Positions 22,391 through 33,053 of a stretch of 64,000 bases of DNA are shown piece by piece. Position 1 is the stretch's first letter; every line of letters begins with the position of its first letter. Both the position numbers and the translations under genes were made by a program. Below the pieces are notes generated by a model. The model did not search any database and was not told where the DNA came from. It worked only from the letters and a program-made list of their open reading frames with translations. This stretch comes from Sandaracinaceae bacterium. GTDB lineage: Bacteria; Myxococcota_A; Polyangia; Polyangiales; Sandaracinaceae. The stretch spans positions 26,618-90,617 of the forward strand of contig JBGAQA010000019.1 in NCBI GenBank assembly GCA_044220955.1, in the 5' to 3' direction.

Positions 22391-24982
22391 TCAGCGGCGC
22401 TCGCGCTCCGCGCGGACCACGAAGCGCTCGCCGCCACGCGTGAGCACGAGCAGCGCGGGCCCCGCCCCGATGAGTCCCGCCGGTCCCTCGTGGCCGTCGA
22501 CCGAGACCAGCACGTCGCCGATGCGGACGCCCGCGCGCTCGGCCGACGATCCGCGGGCGACCGCCGTGACGGCCCCGAGTTCGTCCAGCGAGACGGCCAC
22601 GGCGCGGACGCGGGCGCCGCTCGGGGCGACCGGCGCCGCATCTGCACGGCCCGGCAGGTGCGCGATCACCGCCACGTCGTCACGGCCTCGCGCCACGCGG
22701 CGCGCGAGGTCGAGCGCACCCGCCGAGGGATGCGTGACGTGCAGCACGACGTCCCCCGCCGGCACCGCGGTGAGCGCGAAGTGGCCGTGCGCGTCGGTCA
22801 TGACGGCGGGCAGCCCGTCGACGCGGATGGACGCGCCCTCGAGCACCGATCCGAGACGATCGACGACGTCGCCCTCGACCCGCTGCCCCGGATCGAGCGC
22901 GACCGGGTCGAGCTCCACCTCGCCGCCGCGAGCGAGGCGCACGAGCACGGATTCCTCTACCGTGACGTAGCCGCCGGCCTCGACACGCATCGCGTACGCG
23001 CCCGGGCGCAAGCGCGGCAGTGCGAAGCGGCCCTCCGCCCCGGTGGTCGTCTCGCGAGTCAGCGGCGGCAGGGCGTCCGAGACCAGCAAGATCTGCGCGC
23101 CCGCGAGCGGCTCGCCCGACCACGTGTCCGTCACGACCCCGACTGCCCGCACGGACGGCTGCACTTCGATCTCGACCTCGTCGAGCGAGGTGACGTCCAC
23201 GCTGGTCCCCATCGCGAAGTCGCCCTGATCGACCGTGACACGGAGCGGCGGCGCGGGGACCGACGCGAGCGCGAAGGTCCCGTCCTCGGCCGAGAACGCG
23301 GTGCGCAGGATGGGCGTGCCGGGACGCAGCGCCTCGACCCGCAGCTGGGCGTTCTCCACCGGGAAACCGCGCGCGTCGACGACGCGCCCCGAGAGGCGCA
23401 GGCCGGCCGGATCGAGCGTGAGCCGGGTCTCTCGCGTCGCGCCGCTCGCCACGGTCGCGCGCACCTCCGCCGGCGCCCGGTCGACCGGCAGCGCGCGCAC
23501 GAGGGTCTCGCCCGTGGCCGCGATCGAGAACGCGCCCTGCGCATCCGTGAACGCGATCGTCGGCCAGGGATCGCGCTCGCTCCGCGCCTCGATGCGCACG
23601 TCGGCGACCGCGTCGCCACGCTCGTCGACGACGACGCCGCGCAGCGTGCCGGCGGGCGCGAGCACGACCTCGATGCCGCCGGTCGTCTCCCCGCCGCTCA
23701 CGCGCAGGCGCTCGCTCGCGCCGGTCGCGAAGCCCGCCTGCCGCGCGAGCACCTCGACCTGCCCGGGCGCGACGCCCTCGACGTGGAAGGTGCCGTCGAG
23801 GCCGGTGCGATAGCTCGCGAGGTGGACGGCCGACGGAAGCTCCGCGGGCAGCGACGCCGAGCTCGCGAGCGCCGCGATCGGGATCGGCGGGACGTCCGCC
23901 GTGACCTCGAGGCGGCCGGGATCGGCGCTCGGGTCGGGCGAGCGCGAGGGCGCTTCCGAGACGGCGATCGGCTGACCGTCCTCGGTCTCGCCCCAGACCT
24001 CGATCTGCGCGCCGGCGATCGGCTGCCGGTCCTGATCGAGCACCCGCCCCTCGATCGCACCGGTCCGGCGCAGGCGAAGGGTGAGGTCGCTGCCACGCCA
24101 CGTCTCGCCGACGAGCGATACGCGCCCCTCGGCGCGCGCCGTGACGATCGCGTCCACGCCCGCGCGGAGACCCTCCACGTGGAACGCGCCCGTCGCGTCG
24201 CTGCGCACGATCCTCGGCGTCGACGACAGCGAGGACTCGGCGACGACGATCTCGGCGTTCGCGATCGGCTCGCCGGTCGCGTCGTCGACCACCGTGCCGC
24301 CGAGCGTACGCCCCGGCGCGAGCGCGAGCGTCAGCACCACGCGCGCCCCCTCCTCGACCACCAGCCCGCGGCGGGGCTCCGCGGAGGCCAGCGCTCCTCG
24401 CGCCTCGACCTCGTAGACACCCGGCGGAACGCTCTCGAACGCGAAGCGCCCGCCCGCGTCCGAGCGCGTGGTGCGCGCGGGCCAGATGCCGCTGCCGACG
24501 ATGAGTACGTCCGCCACCGCCGCGGTCCCGTCGACGCCGAGGACCTGGCCGGCGACGCGCGCTGCGACGACGACCCGCAGCTCGAGCGGCGCGGAGAGCG
24601 GCAGCGAGCGGACGGCGCGAGCCTCCGAGAAGCCGGGGGCGCTCGCCGCGACCACCCATCGCTCGTCGGATGCGCCGGGCAGAGAGAAGGTGCCGTCCGC
24701 CGCGCAGTCGACCTCGACACGAGCGCCCGTGGGATCGGCCTCGCGCCACGCCGCGACATGGCCGGGCAGGCCAGCACCGTCGGGTCCGACGAGGCGGCCG
24801 GAGAGCGAGAGCGAGGGTGAGGGCGAGGGTGAGGTGGGGAGCGAGGGTGAGGGCGAGGGCCCCGGCGAGGGTGAGGTGGGGAGCGAGGGCGCGGGCGGCG
24901 CGCCTGGCAGGGCCACCACCAGGAGCAGCACGAGCCCGAGCGTGATCCTGCGCAGCGCGCTTGTGGCTCGGGTCGAATTCAC
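22391..24982 (-). CDS. Secreted protein with repeated carboxypeptidase-regulatory-like beta-sandwich domains and a C-terminal PDZ domain (start uncertain)
   Basis: Repeated GxVxD..G.P+.xA.+ ... xDxxGxFx+ units; AERAGVRIGDVLVSVDG PDZ motif; hydrophobic N-terminus followed by an SP-rich linker. Confidence 0.8.
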   Translation of the reverse strand: MNSTRATSALRRITLGLVLLLVVALPGAPPAPSLPTSPSPGPSPSPSLPTSPSPSPSLSLSGRLVGPDGAGLPGHVAAWREADPTGARVEVDCAADGTFSLPGASDERWVVAASAPGFSEARAVRSLPLSAPLELRVVVAARVAGQVLGVDGTAAVADVLIVGSGIWPARTTRSDAGGRFAFESVPPGVYEVEARGALASAEPRRGLVVEEGARVVLTLALAPGRTLGGTVVDDATGEPIANAEIVVAESSLSSTPRIVRSDATGAFHVEGLRAGVDAIVTARAEGRVSLVGETWRGSDLTLRLRRTGAIEGRVLDQDRQPIAGAQIEVWGETEDGQPIAVSEAPSRSPDPSADPGRLEVTADVPPIPIAALASSASLPAELPSAVHLASYRTGLDGTFHVEGVAPGQVEVLARQAGFATGASERLRVSGGETTGGIEVVLAPAGTLRGVVVDERGDAVADVRIEARSERDPWPTIAFTDAQGAFSIAATGETLVRALPVDRAPAEVRATVASGATRETRLTLDPAGLRLSGRVVDARGFPVENAQLRVEALRPGTPILRTAFSAEDGTFALASVPAPPLRVTVDQGDFAMGTSVDVTSLDEVEIEVQPSVRAVGVVTDTWSGEPLAGAQILLVSDALPPLTRETTTGAEGRFALPRLRPGAYAMRVEAGGYVTVEESVLVRLARGGEVELDPVALDPGQRVEGDVVDRLGSVLEGASIRVDGLPAVMTDAHGHFALTAVPAGDVVLHVTHPSAGALDLARRVARGRDDVAVIAHLPGRADAAPVAPSGARVRAVAVSLDELGAVTAVARGSSAERAGVRIGDVLVSVDGHEGPAGLIGAGPALLVLTRGGERFVVRAERERR
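24800..24890. repeat. Degenerate hexamer repeat (GAGGGY)n containing a ~25-bp direct duplication; encodes the Ser-Pro linker
   Basis: gcgagggtgaggtggggagcgaggg occurs twice. Confidence 0.75.
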
Positions 24983-25097
24983 GGCGTGACCAGGACGATT
25001 GTAACCGACCACGGTATTCCTGCCCTGAAGGAGGAGCTCCTTGCCCTGCCCGGGGGCCGATGCTAGGCATGCGCCCCTTCGGAGCCAGGAAAGCGTC

Positions 25098-25310
25098 ATG
25101 TCCTACCGCTGCGCCGTGTGCGAAAAGGCTGCTCAGGCCGCCCACAACGTGAGCCACTCGAACCGCAAGTCGCGGAAGTGGCAGACGCCGAACCTGCAGC
25201 GCGTTCACGTGGTCCTCGGCGGTAGGCCGACCCACGCGCTCGTCTGCACGCGCTGCATCCGCAGCGGCAAGGTCGCCAAGGCCGGCGGCGCCGCGCACCA
25301 CGCGGCTTGA
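25098..25310 (+). CDS. rpmB: 50S ribosomal protein L28, zinc-binding (C+) type
   Basis: CAVC..HNVSHSNRKSRKWQTPNLQ..VCTRCIRSGK. Confidence 0.95.
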   Translation: MSYRCAVCEKAAQAAHNVSHSNRKSRKWQTPNLQRVHVVLGGRPTHALVCTRCIRSGKVAKAGGAAHHAA

Positions 25311-26314
25311 GGCCGGCGCGGGGTCGCCAGCCGAAGCGTCCCCGCGTGCTCGCGGAGGTGCCTCCCGGCTACGACCCGAACGCGGTCGTCCTGACCTTCG
25401 CGGTCCCGAACGAGCTCGACGGGCAGCGGCTCGACCGGTTCCTCTCCTGGCGGATCCCACGCCTCTCGCGCTCTCGCGCGGCCGAGATCGTCAGTGCCTG
25501 CTGCGTCTTGCCCGACGGGACGCGCCGAACGCCCGCGGAGCGCGCCTGGGCAGGCGAGACCGTCATGCTGGTGCGCGAGAAGTTCGTCGAGCCCGACGCC
25601 CCGCGCGCGTTCGGCATCCTCTTCTCGGACGAGGCCGTCGTGGTCGTCGACAAGCCCGCCGGCCTGCCGGTCCACCCGTCGGCGACCTACCACCACAACA
25701 CCCTCACGAGCCTGCTCACCCGGCGCTTCGGCGCGAGCGCCCCGCAGATCGCCCACCGCCTCGACAAGGAGACGAGCGGCATCGTCGTCTGCGCCCTCCC
25801 GGGCCCCGACGAGGCGCGAGTCAAGCGCCAGTTCGAGCTGCGCGAGGTGCACAAGGAGTACCTGGCGATCGTGCGCGGCGCGATGCCCGAGGACGCGGGC
25901 GTGATCGACCGGCCGATGCGGCGCGCGACCGCGGGCCTGCACAACATGATGGAGACCTGCGACGACGGCCTGCCGGCCACGACGCGATACCGCGTCATCG
26001 AGCGCAAGACGAGCGCGACGCTCGTGCACCTCTTCCCCGAGACGGGGCGCCAGCACCAGCTCCGCGTGCACCTGTCCGCGATCGGACACCCCATCGTGGG
26101 CGACAAGCTCTACGGACCCGAGCGCGAGGCCGTGTTCCTCGAGATCATCGAGCGCGGAGGACTCGACGACGCGCTGCGGGCGCGCCTCGGTCACGCGCGG
26201 CACGCGCTCCACGCACATCGCGTCTCGCTGCGGCACCCACGCACGGACGCGCCGCTCGAGGTCAGCTCACCCCTGCCCGAGGACCTGACCGCCCTCTGGG
26301 CGAGCCTGACCTGA
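25307..26314 (+). CDS. RluA/RluD family pseudouridine synthase (start uncertain)
   Basis: S4-like QRLDRFL; VDKPAGLPVHP; catalytic HRLDKETSG; TGRQHQLRVH; GDKLYG. Confidence 0.92.
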   Translation: MRPARGRQPKRPRVLAEVPPGYDPNAVVLTFAVPNELDGQRLDRFLSWRIPRLSRSRAAEIVSACCVLPDGTRRTPAERAWAGETVMLVREKFVEPDAPRAFGILFSDEAVVVVDKPAGLPVHPSATYHHNTLTSLLTRRFGASAPQIAHRLDKETSGIVVCALPGPDEARVKRQFELREVHKEYLAIVRGAMPEDAGVIDRPMRRATAGLHNMMETCDDGLPATTRYRVIERKTSATLVHLFPETGRQHQLRVHLSAIGHPIVGDKLYGPEREAVFLEIIERGGLDDALRARLGHARHALHAHRVSLRHPRTDAPLEVSSPLPEDLTALWASLT

Positions 26315-26352
26315 GTCGACCCGAGGACGAAGGACGCTCCGAGGCGAGGCGT

Positions 26353-26994
<642 letters not shown>

Positions 26995-27040
26995 CGTCGC
27001 CGTTATGCTGGTTGCGCGCGAAGAGCGCAACGTTCGCGCC

Positions 27041-28342
27041 TCAGTCGCAGGGGAAGTGTCGGAGGGCGGCGATCTCGCGGCGCAGCTCGCCGCGGGCATC
27101 GGGTTGCGCGATCGAGATGAGCAGATCCGCGCGCTGCCGGAGGTTCTTCCCGTGCAGGTTCACCGCGCCGTGCTCGGTCACCACCCAGTGCACGTGGCCG
27201 CGCGTCGTCACCACGCCGGCGCCCGGCTTCAGGGTCGTGACGATGCGCGAGAACCTGCCCCCGCCCGCCATCGACGGGAGCGCGATGATGGGCTTACCCC
27301 CCTTCGAGATCGCGGCCCCCCGGATGAAGTCCATCTGGCCGCCGATGCCGGAGTAGATGCGGTGTCCTATCGAGTCCGCGCAGACCTGCCCGCTCAGGTC
27401 GATCTCGAGCGCGGAGTTGATCGCGGTGACCTTCGGGTTCTTGCGGATCAGGGCCGTGTCGTTCGTGCGATCGCAGGGGTGGAGCTCGACCGTCGGGTTG
27501 TCGTCGACGAAGTCGAACACGCGCTTGGTCCCCGCGACGAAGCTCGTGACGGTGCGCTGCGGGTGGACTTGCTTGTGGTCGTTCGTGACGTTCCCGTTCT
27601 CGAGCAGCGGGAGCAGGCCGTCCGAGAACATCTCCGTGTGGATCCCGAGGTCGTGCTTGTTCCCGAGCCGCGCGAGCACGGCGTCGGGGATCGCTCCGAT
27701 CCCCATCTGCAGCGTCGCGCCGTCCTCCACCAGATCCGCGACGATCGCCCCGATGCTGTGCTCGACCGGCGTCTGCTCCCCGGGAGGCATCTCGAAGAGC
27801 GGTCGATCGGTGCACGTGAACGCGGTGACGCGAGAGAGCGGGAACGCCGCGTTGCCGTGAGTGCGCGGCATCCGGTCGTTGATCTCGGCGAGCACCACGC
27901 GCGCGTGGTCGGCGGCAGCGCGGGCCGTGTCGACGGAGACGCCGAGGCTGCACATGCCGTGCTTGTCCGGCGGCGAGAGCTGGAGCAGCGCCACGTCCAA
28001 GGGCACGGCGCCGCTCGCGAAGAGCTGCGGGATGTCGGACAGGAAGATCGGCACGAAGTCGGCTCGGCCCTCCTCGACCGCCTTGCGCAGCCCCGGCCCG
28101 GTGAACAGGGAGTTCGAGAAGAACCGCCTCTGCCTGGAGGGGTCCGCGAAGGAGGCGGGCCCCGAAGTGTGCAGATGGAAGAGCTCGACGCCCTCGAGAT
28201 CCTCCCGCGCGCAGAGCGCCTCGACGAGCGGGCCTGGCGTCGCACAGCCTCCGTGCACGAAGACCTTCTGGCCCGACGCGACGTGGCGAACCACGTCGCC
28301 CGGAGAAACTGCCCGTGAACGCCACCCGCGATCGATCACCAT
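27041..28342 (-). CDS. Acetyl-CoA hydrolase/transferase (4-hydroxybutyrate CoA-transferase-like)
   Basis: LQMGIGAIP, HTEMFSDG, SGIGGQMDF and VVTEHG motifs. Confidence 0.93.
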   Translation of the reverse strand: MVIDRGWRSRAVSPGDVVRHVASGQKVFVHGGCATPGPLVEALCAREDLEGVELFHLHTSGPASFADPSRQRRFFSNSLFTGPGLRKAVEEGRADFVPIFLSDIPQLFASGAVPLDVALLQLSPPDKHGMCSLGVSVDTARAAADHARVVLAEINDRMPRTHGNAAFPLSRVTAFTCTDRPLFEMPPGEQTPVEHSIGAIVADLVEDGATLQMGIGAIPDAVLARLGNKHDLGIHTEMFSDGLLPLLENGNVTNDHKQVHPQRTVTSFVAGTKRVFDFVDDNPTVELHPCDRTNDTALIRKNPKVTAINSALEIDLSGQVCADSIGHRIYSGIGGQMDFIRGAAISKGGKPIIALPSMAGGGRFSRIVTTLKPGAGVVTTRGHVHWVVTEHGAVNLHGKNLRQRADLLISIAQPDARGELRREIAALRHFPCD

Positions 28343-28391
28343 GGGTGCATCCTACTCACGCCGCGCAGACGCTCCAGAGGCGCTCTGCCCC

Positions 28392-29273
28392 TCATGCGCT
28401 CGGGCGCGCCGCCGCGGCCCGCGCCACGAGCCCGTCGTCCTCCAGCTCGTCGGCCATCGCCCGGAGCCGCGCCGGATCGGCTCCGCGCCACGCGAGATCC
28501 CCCGCGCGCTCGGCGATCGGCACGTCCCTCCGGAGCGTCGCCAGCGTGCGGTAGAGGGCGGCGTCCGCCCGGCGGCCGGCGAGCGAGGCGGCGAGGGCCT
28601 CGGCGCCTCGCACCTTCACCGCCCAGGCCTTCGCGTCGTCGGGGATCGCCTCGAGCTTCTCGTACACGCCGAGCACCGCGCTCGCGCTCTTCTCGCCCCA
28701 GCGCGGGATCCCCGGGATGCCGTCCGCCGTGTCCCCCACCAGGGCCAGCCAGTCCGGCACCGACCCGGGCGCGATGCCGAGCTTCTCCTTGAGCCCCGGC
28801 TCGTCCAGCACGGTCTGCCGCATGCGGTCGAGCCGCACGATCTTCTGGCGGCGCAGGCACTGTGCGAGATCCTTGTCGGGCGAGCACAGCACGACCTGCT
28901 CGACCGCGGCGTCCTCGGCGTAGCGCACCGCCCCGGTCGCGAGGGCGTCGTCGGCCTCGAACTCGATCATCGGCCAGACGACCACGCCGAGCGCCTCGCA
29001 GGCGCGCTCGACGATCGGGAACTGCGACTTCAGCGCGTCCTCGATCCCGTCGCCCGTCTTGTAGCCGGCGAAGAGGCGGTTGCGGAACGACTCGATGACC
29101 GTGTCGAACGCGATCGCCAGGTGCGTGCCGCCCTGGTTCGTCAAGAGGTGCAAGAGCGTGCGCAGCACGCCGCGCGTGGCGCCGACCTCCTGGCCCGATC
29201 GGGTTCGCGCGGGCGGCGCGCCGTAGTACGCGCGGAACAGCTCGTACGTCCCGTCGACGAGGTGAACTTTCAT
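28392..29273 (-). CDS. Stand-alone 5'-3' exonuclease / flap endonuclease
   Basis: HLVDGT, FEADD and SPDKDL motifs; H3TH motif LVGDTADGIPGIPRWGEKSA. Confidence 0.93.
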   Translation of the reverse strand: MKVHLVDGTYELFRAYYGAPPARTRSGQEVGATRGVLRTLLHLLTNQGGTHLAIAFDTVIESFRNRLFAGYKTGDGIEDALKSQFPIVERACEALGVVVWPMIEFEADDALATGAVRYAEDAAVEQVVLCSPDKDLAQCLRRQKIVRLDRMRQTVLDEPGLKEKLGIAPGSVPDWLALVGDTADGIPGIPRWGEKSASAVLGVYEKLEAIPDDAKAWAVKVRGAEALAASLAGRRADAALYRTLATLRRDVPIAERAGDLAWRGADPARLRAMADELEDDGLVARAAAARPSA

Positions 29274-29303
29274 CTGCTCGACCGTCCCGATGCCGATCTC
29301 GGC

Positions 29304-30551
29304 TCAGCTCCGGCGCGGCTCGCCGACGTGCGTCTTCTCGGAGTGGATGGGATCGTTCGGGTCGACGTCCTTCCTCGACGTGATGCGCCCGCCGCCCGCC
29401 GTCTTCTGCTTGGGGTCGAAGATCTCCGTCTTGGCCGCGTGCACGGGCGGCGCCTCGGACTCCCCGTCGCCGCCCTCGACGCTCGAGCTCTTGGTGGGGC
29501 TGGGCGAGAAGCGCGAGAACGGCGCGTCCGGACCTAGCGCGCTCGCGATCAGGTTCTTGCCGAAGTCGCCCTGCACCGGCGCGGCGTCGATGACGTAGTC
29601 CTCCATCGCGCGCAGCTCCTTCTCGATGTCGTCGGTGAACGCGCGCTTCATGAACTGCGCGAGCTTGTTCCGGCGGTAGCTCGGGTTGAAGCCGCGCAGG
29701 AACGTCAGCAGCGCGTTGCGGAACTCGAGCGCGCTCTGGTAGCGAGCGGAGCGCGAGCGAGCCATCGCCTTCTCGATGATGGCCGCGAGCTCCGGAGGCA
29801 CCTGCGGGTTGAGCTTCTGCGCAGGCACGGGCGCCGCCTCGCGCACCGTGAAGATCAGATCGATCTCGTTCGGCGCGACGAAGGGCGCCTCGCCCGTGCA
29901 GAGCTCGTAGAGCACGCTGCCCGCGGAGAACACGTCGCTGCGCCAGTCGAGCTTGCGGCCGAAGGCCTGCTCGGGCGACATGTACTTCACCTTGCCCTTG
30001 ATGATCCCCGTCTTGGTCTGGATGCGGTTGTGCGTGGCCTTGGCGATGCCGAAGTCGCAGAGCTTCACGACCCCGTCGTAGCCGAGCAGCACGTTCGACG
30101 GGCTGAAGTCGCGGTGCACGATCCGGAGCGGCTCGCCGCTCATGTCGCGGCAGACGTGCGCGTGGTGCAGGCCCTCGAGGCTGCGCGCGACGATGTAGAC
30201 GATGTCGTCGAGCGGGAGCTTCACGCCGAGCTCCTTGGCGCGCTCCATCGTCGTGCGCAGATCCTTGCCGTCGACGTACTCCATCGAGATGAGGAGCGAC
30301 TCGTCGACCTCGGTCAGCTCGTAGACCTCGGCGATGTTGGGGTGTTTCAGGTAGCTGACCAGCTTGAACTCGTCGGTGAGCATGTCGACGAACGAGCGGT
30401 CCTCGCGGAAGTGGGGGAGCAGGCGCTTGATGGCGACGTCGCGCTTGTGGCCGTCGTCCTCGAACGTGATCGCGCGAAAGAGCTCGGCCATGCCGCCGAA
30501 CGCGATGCGGTACGTGAGGTGGTAGCGTCCGAGACGACGGGTGCGGCGCAC
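29304..30551 (-). CDS. Cytoplasmic Ser/Thr protein kinase
   Basis: GGMAELF, AIKR, HRDFSPSN, DFG and YMSPE motifs; no TM segment. Confidence 0.93.
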   Translation of the reverse strand: MRRTRRLGRYHLTYRIAFGGMAELFRAITFEDDGHKRDVAIKRLLPHFREDRSFVDMLTDEFKLVSYLKHPNIAEVYELTEVDESLLISMEYVDGKDLRTTMERAKELGVKLPLDDIVYIVARSLEGLHHAHVCRDMSGEPLRIVHRDFSPSNVLLGYDGVVKLCDFGIAKATHNRIQTKTGIIKGKVKYMSPEQAFGRKLDWRSDVFSAGSVLYELCTGEAPFVAPNEIDLIFTVREAAPVPAQKLNPQVPPELAAIIEKAMARSRSARYQSALEFRNALLTFLRGFNPSYRRNKLAQFMKRAFTDDIEKELRAMEDYVIDAAPVQGDFGKNLIASALGPDAPFSRFSPSPTKSSSVEGGDGESEAPPVHAAKTEIFDPKQKTAGGGRITSRKDVDPNDPIHSEKTHVGEPRRS

Positions 30552-30611
30552 TGCGGCCAGTAGCGTAGGGCCAGCGGCCGGCCGATGGGAAGACGGCTTC
30601 GCGCGTGCGAG

Positions 30612-31139
30612 CTACTCCGATCCGAGCACGACCAGCCCTTCGAGCACGAGCTCGGAGACGATGCGCAGCGCGTCGAGCGGCGCGAGGTGGCCGGACTCGA
30701 CGAGCTGCGCGACGCTCGTCACGCCGTCCATCGAGCCCATCAGCGCGCGGGCGCGGGCGTCGATGTACGGCAAGGGCGCGCCCTGCCGCGGCCTCACGGG
30801 GCGGGGGATGCGCTCGAGCGCCCCGATCCGCGCCTGGTAGAGCTTGCGCAGCTCGCGCGCCGCGATCTCCGAGGTCTGGCGCGCGTCGGCGTCGCCGGGG
30901 TCGGCGCGGAGCACCGCCTCGGCGGCGATGCGAGCCCCCTCGTAGTCGCTGCGCACCAGCATCTCCAGCATCGTGTCGAGCTGGTAGACCTTCGAGCTGG
31001 GTAGCTGCGGCGGCATCGTGGACGGGCTGCGTCGGTCGGCGCCCGGTCGCGCGGCGGGGGGCAGCGGCTCCGGGCTGGTCCACGACTCGCGCACCGGCTC
31101 CCAGGGGCCCGTCTCGGACGCGTCCTTCGGCTCGCTCAC
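30612..31139 (-). CDS. Hypothetical protein with a TPR-like helix pair and winged-helix-like C-terminus
   Basis: MDGVTSVAQLVESGHLAPLDALRIVSELVLEGLV pattern; upstream of the kinase, same strand. Confidence 0.65.
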   Translation of the reverse strand: MSEPKDASETGPWEPVRESWTSPEPLPPAARPGADRRSPSTMPPQLPSSKVYQLDTMLEMLVRSDYEGARIAAEAVLRADPGDADARQTSEIAARELRKLYQARIGALERIPRPVRPRQGAPLPYIDARARALMGSMDGVTSVAQLVESGHLAPLDALRIVSELVLEGLVVLGSE

Positions 31140-31186
31140 GCGTGACAGGGTAGCCGCGGTCGGCCGCGCGCTTCCAGCGAGGCGAG

Positions 31187-31393
31187 GTGGGCGCGGGGAC
31201 GTACGGCGCGAACTGCCGCATGACGCCGGTCGAGGTCGAGACGGCCGCCGACGCGCTCACCTCGGACCGCGCGTGTGGCCTCCTGATGTGGCAGTCCGAC
31301 GCGACGTACTTCGGCGACGCCGCGCACGTCGCCGCCTTCACGCGCGCCGCCGCGACGCTCGGCGCACGCACGCCCGACTGCCGCGTGCGCTGA
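31187..31393 (+). pseudogene. Short ORF, probably the 3' remnant of a larger gene
   Basis: Strong GC3 coding bias; no RBS; sequence (MTPVEV..CGLLMWQSDATYF..AF..C) reads like a domain C-terminus. Confidence 0.4.
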
Positions 31394-31412
31394 ACCGTGG
31401 CAGAGAGCGCGC

Positions 31413-32258
31413 ATGGCCGACGACACGAGGTTCATCCAGGCGAACGGTCTGCGCTTCGCGTTCGTCGAGTCAGGCCCTGCGGACGGGCCGCTCGCGCTCT
31501 TCGTGCACGGCTTCCCCGACACGCCGAAGACCTGGGAGCACGCCCTGCCCGTCGCGGCCGAGCTGGGCTTCCACGCCGTCGCGCCCTTCACGCGCGGCTA
31601 CGCGCCGACCGAGATCCCGAAGGAGGATGACTTCGGCTCGGACACGCTCGGCCGCGACGTGCTCGCCCTCGCCACCGCCCTCGGCGCGAAGGACTTCGTG
31701 CTCGTGGGGCACGACTGGGGCGCGAGCGCCGCGTACTCGGCGGCGGGCCTCGCGGGCGAGCGGATCCGTCTGCTCGTGACCGTGGGCCTGCCCCACCCGG
31801 CGAGCATCGCGGCGACCCCGAGCCTGATCTGGACCGTGCGGCACTTCTTCACGCTGCGACCGCGCGGCAAGGCGGCGCGGATGCGCGCGGACGGGATGAA
31901 GCTCCTCGACGAGCTCGTCCAGCGCTGGTCCCCGGCCTGGAAGGTGCCGCCCGGCGAGACGGACGCGGTGAAGCGCTCGCTCGGCGCCCCGGGCTCGCTC
32001 GAGGCCGCGCTCGGCTACTACCGCGCGATCTCGCCGGCCACGCCCGCGGGACAGAAGCGGCGCGTCACGTGCCCCTCGGTCGCGTTCGCGGGAACCGACG
32101 ACAACGTGCCCGTGTCGGCGTACGAGCGAGCGCGTCGGCGGTTCACGGGCCGCTACGACGTCGTGACCATGCCCGGCGGCCACTTCATGCACCGCGAGCA
32201 CCCGGACGTGTTCGCGCGCGAGCTCGAGAAGGTGCTCGCGCCCTACGCCCCGGCCTGA
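31413..32258 (+). CDS. Alpha/beta hydrolase, epoxide hydrolase-like
   Basis: HGFPD oxyanion motif; GHDWGA nucleophile elbow; GGHF. Confidence 0.92.
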   Translation: MADDTRFIQANGLRFAFVESGPADGPLALFVHGFPDTPKTWEHALPVAAELGFHAVAPFTRGYAPTEIPKEDDFGSDTLGRDVLALATALGAKDFVLVGHDWGASAAYSAAGLAGERIRLLVTVGLPHPASIAATPSLIWTVRHFFTLRPRGKAARMRADGMKLLDELVQRWSPAWKVPPGETDAVKRSLGAPGSLEAALGYYRAISPATPAGQKRRVTCPSVAFAGTDDNVPVSAYERARRRFTGRYDVVTMPGGHFMHREHPDVFARELEKVLAPYAPA

Positions 32259-33037
32259 GCGAGCGACGCCCGCACCTCGGCCGCGCGAGGCCAAGGGCCG
32301 CGGTGCTCGCGATAGAGGTCTCGCACCCACGCGAGCGCGGGCCTTTCTCGCCAGGGCGCCACGAGCTCGGCGATGCCCGCCCGGTAGGGCGCGCTCGCGT
32401 AGACCGGGTGCTCGTCCGGCGTGGCGAGCGGCGCGAGCAGGGCCGCCGCCGTCACGTCCGCGATCGTCAGCCGCTCGCCGACGAGGTGGCGCCCGTCCGC
32501 GGTCCGCCGCTCGATCACGTCGAACGCCTGCTCGATCGCCGCCCGCGACGAGCGCACGCGCTCGGGGCGGGTGTCCAGGCGGCGGCGGAAGAGGGCCCGC
32601 GCGAGCGGGAACCCGGCGCGCACGGCCCGGCGCTGCATCGGTGTCGCGTCGATCGTCCACAGGCGCACGACCGCGTCCGCGTCCGGCAGCACGTGGTCGT
32701 AGGCGACGCGGATCACGTGGCTCCCGACCGCGTCGAACTCGTCCTCGAGCGCGAGCGCCTCGGCGCGAGCGGCCGGCTCCGACGGCAGGAGCGAGAGCGG
32801 CCCGCGGTTCGTGTCGAGCCAGTGCACGATGCGCGTGCTGTCCTGCACCCGGCGCCCCGCCGCCTCGATGACGGGGACCGTCGTCGCGCCCCCGCTCCGT
32901 CGCGCCGCCACGACGTGGAACGGGGGCGTCCACGGGATCTCGACGAACGGGATCTTCTCGACCCCGAGCACCCAGCGGATCTTCTCGCTGAAGTGCGAGA
33001 TGGAGAACGTGTAGAGGCGCAGCGGCTCGCTCGTCAC
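32243..33037 (-). CDS. Glutathione S-transferase family protein
   Basis: ISHFSEKIRW, TVPVI, QDSTRI and LTIADVT motifs. Confidence 0.88.
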   Translation of the reverse strand: MTSEPLRLYTFSISHFSEKIRWVLGVEKIPFVEIPWTPPFHVVAARRSGGATTVPVIEAAGRRVQDSTRIVHWLDTNRGPLSLLPSEPAARAEALALEDEFDAVGSHVIRVAYDHVLPDADAVVRLWTIDATPMQRRAVRAGFPLARALFRRRLDTRPERVRSSRAAIEQAFDVIERRTADGRHLVGERLTIADVTAAALLAPLATPDEHPVYASAPYRAGIAELVAPWRERPALAWVRDLYREHRGPWPRAAEVRASLAQAGA

Positions 33038-33053
33038 CCGCGCGAGCGTGGCA

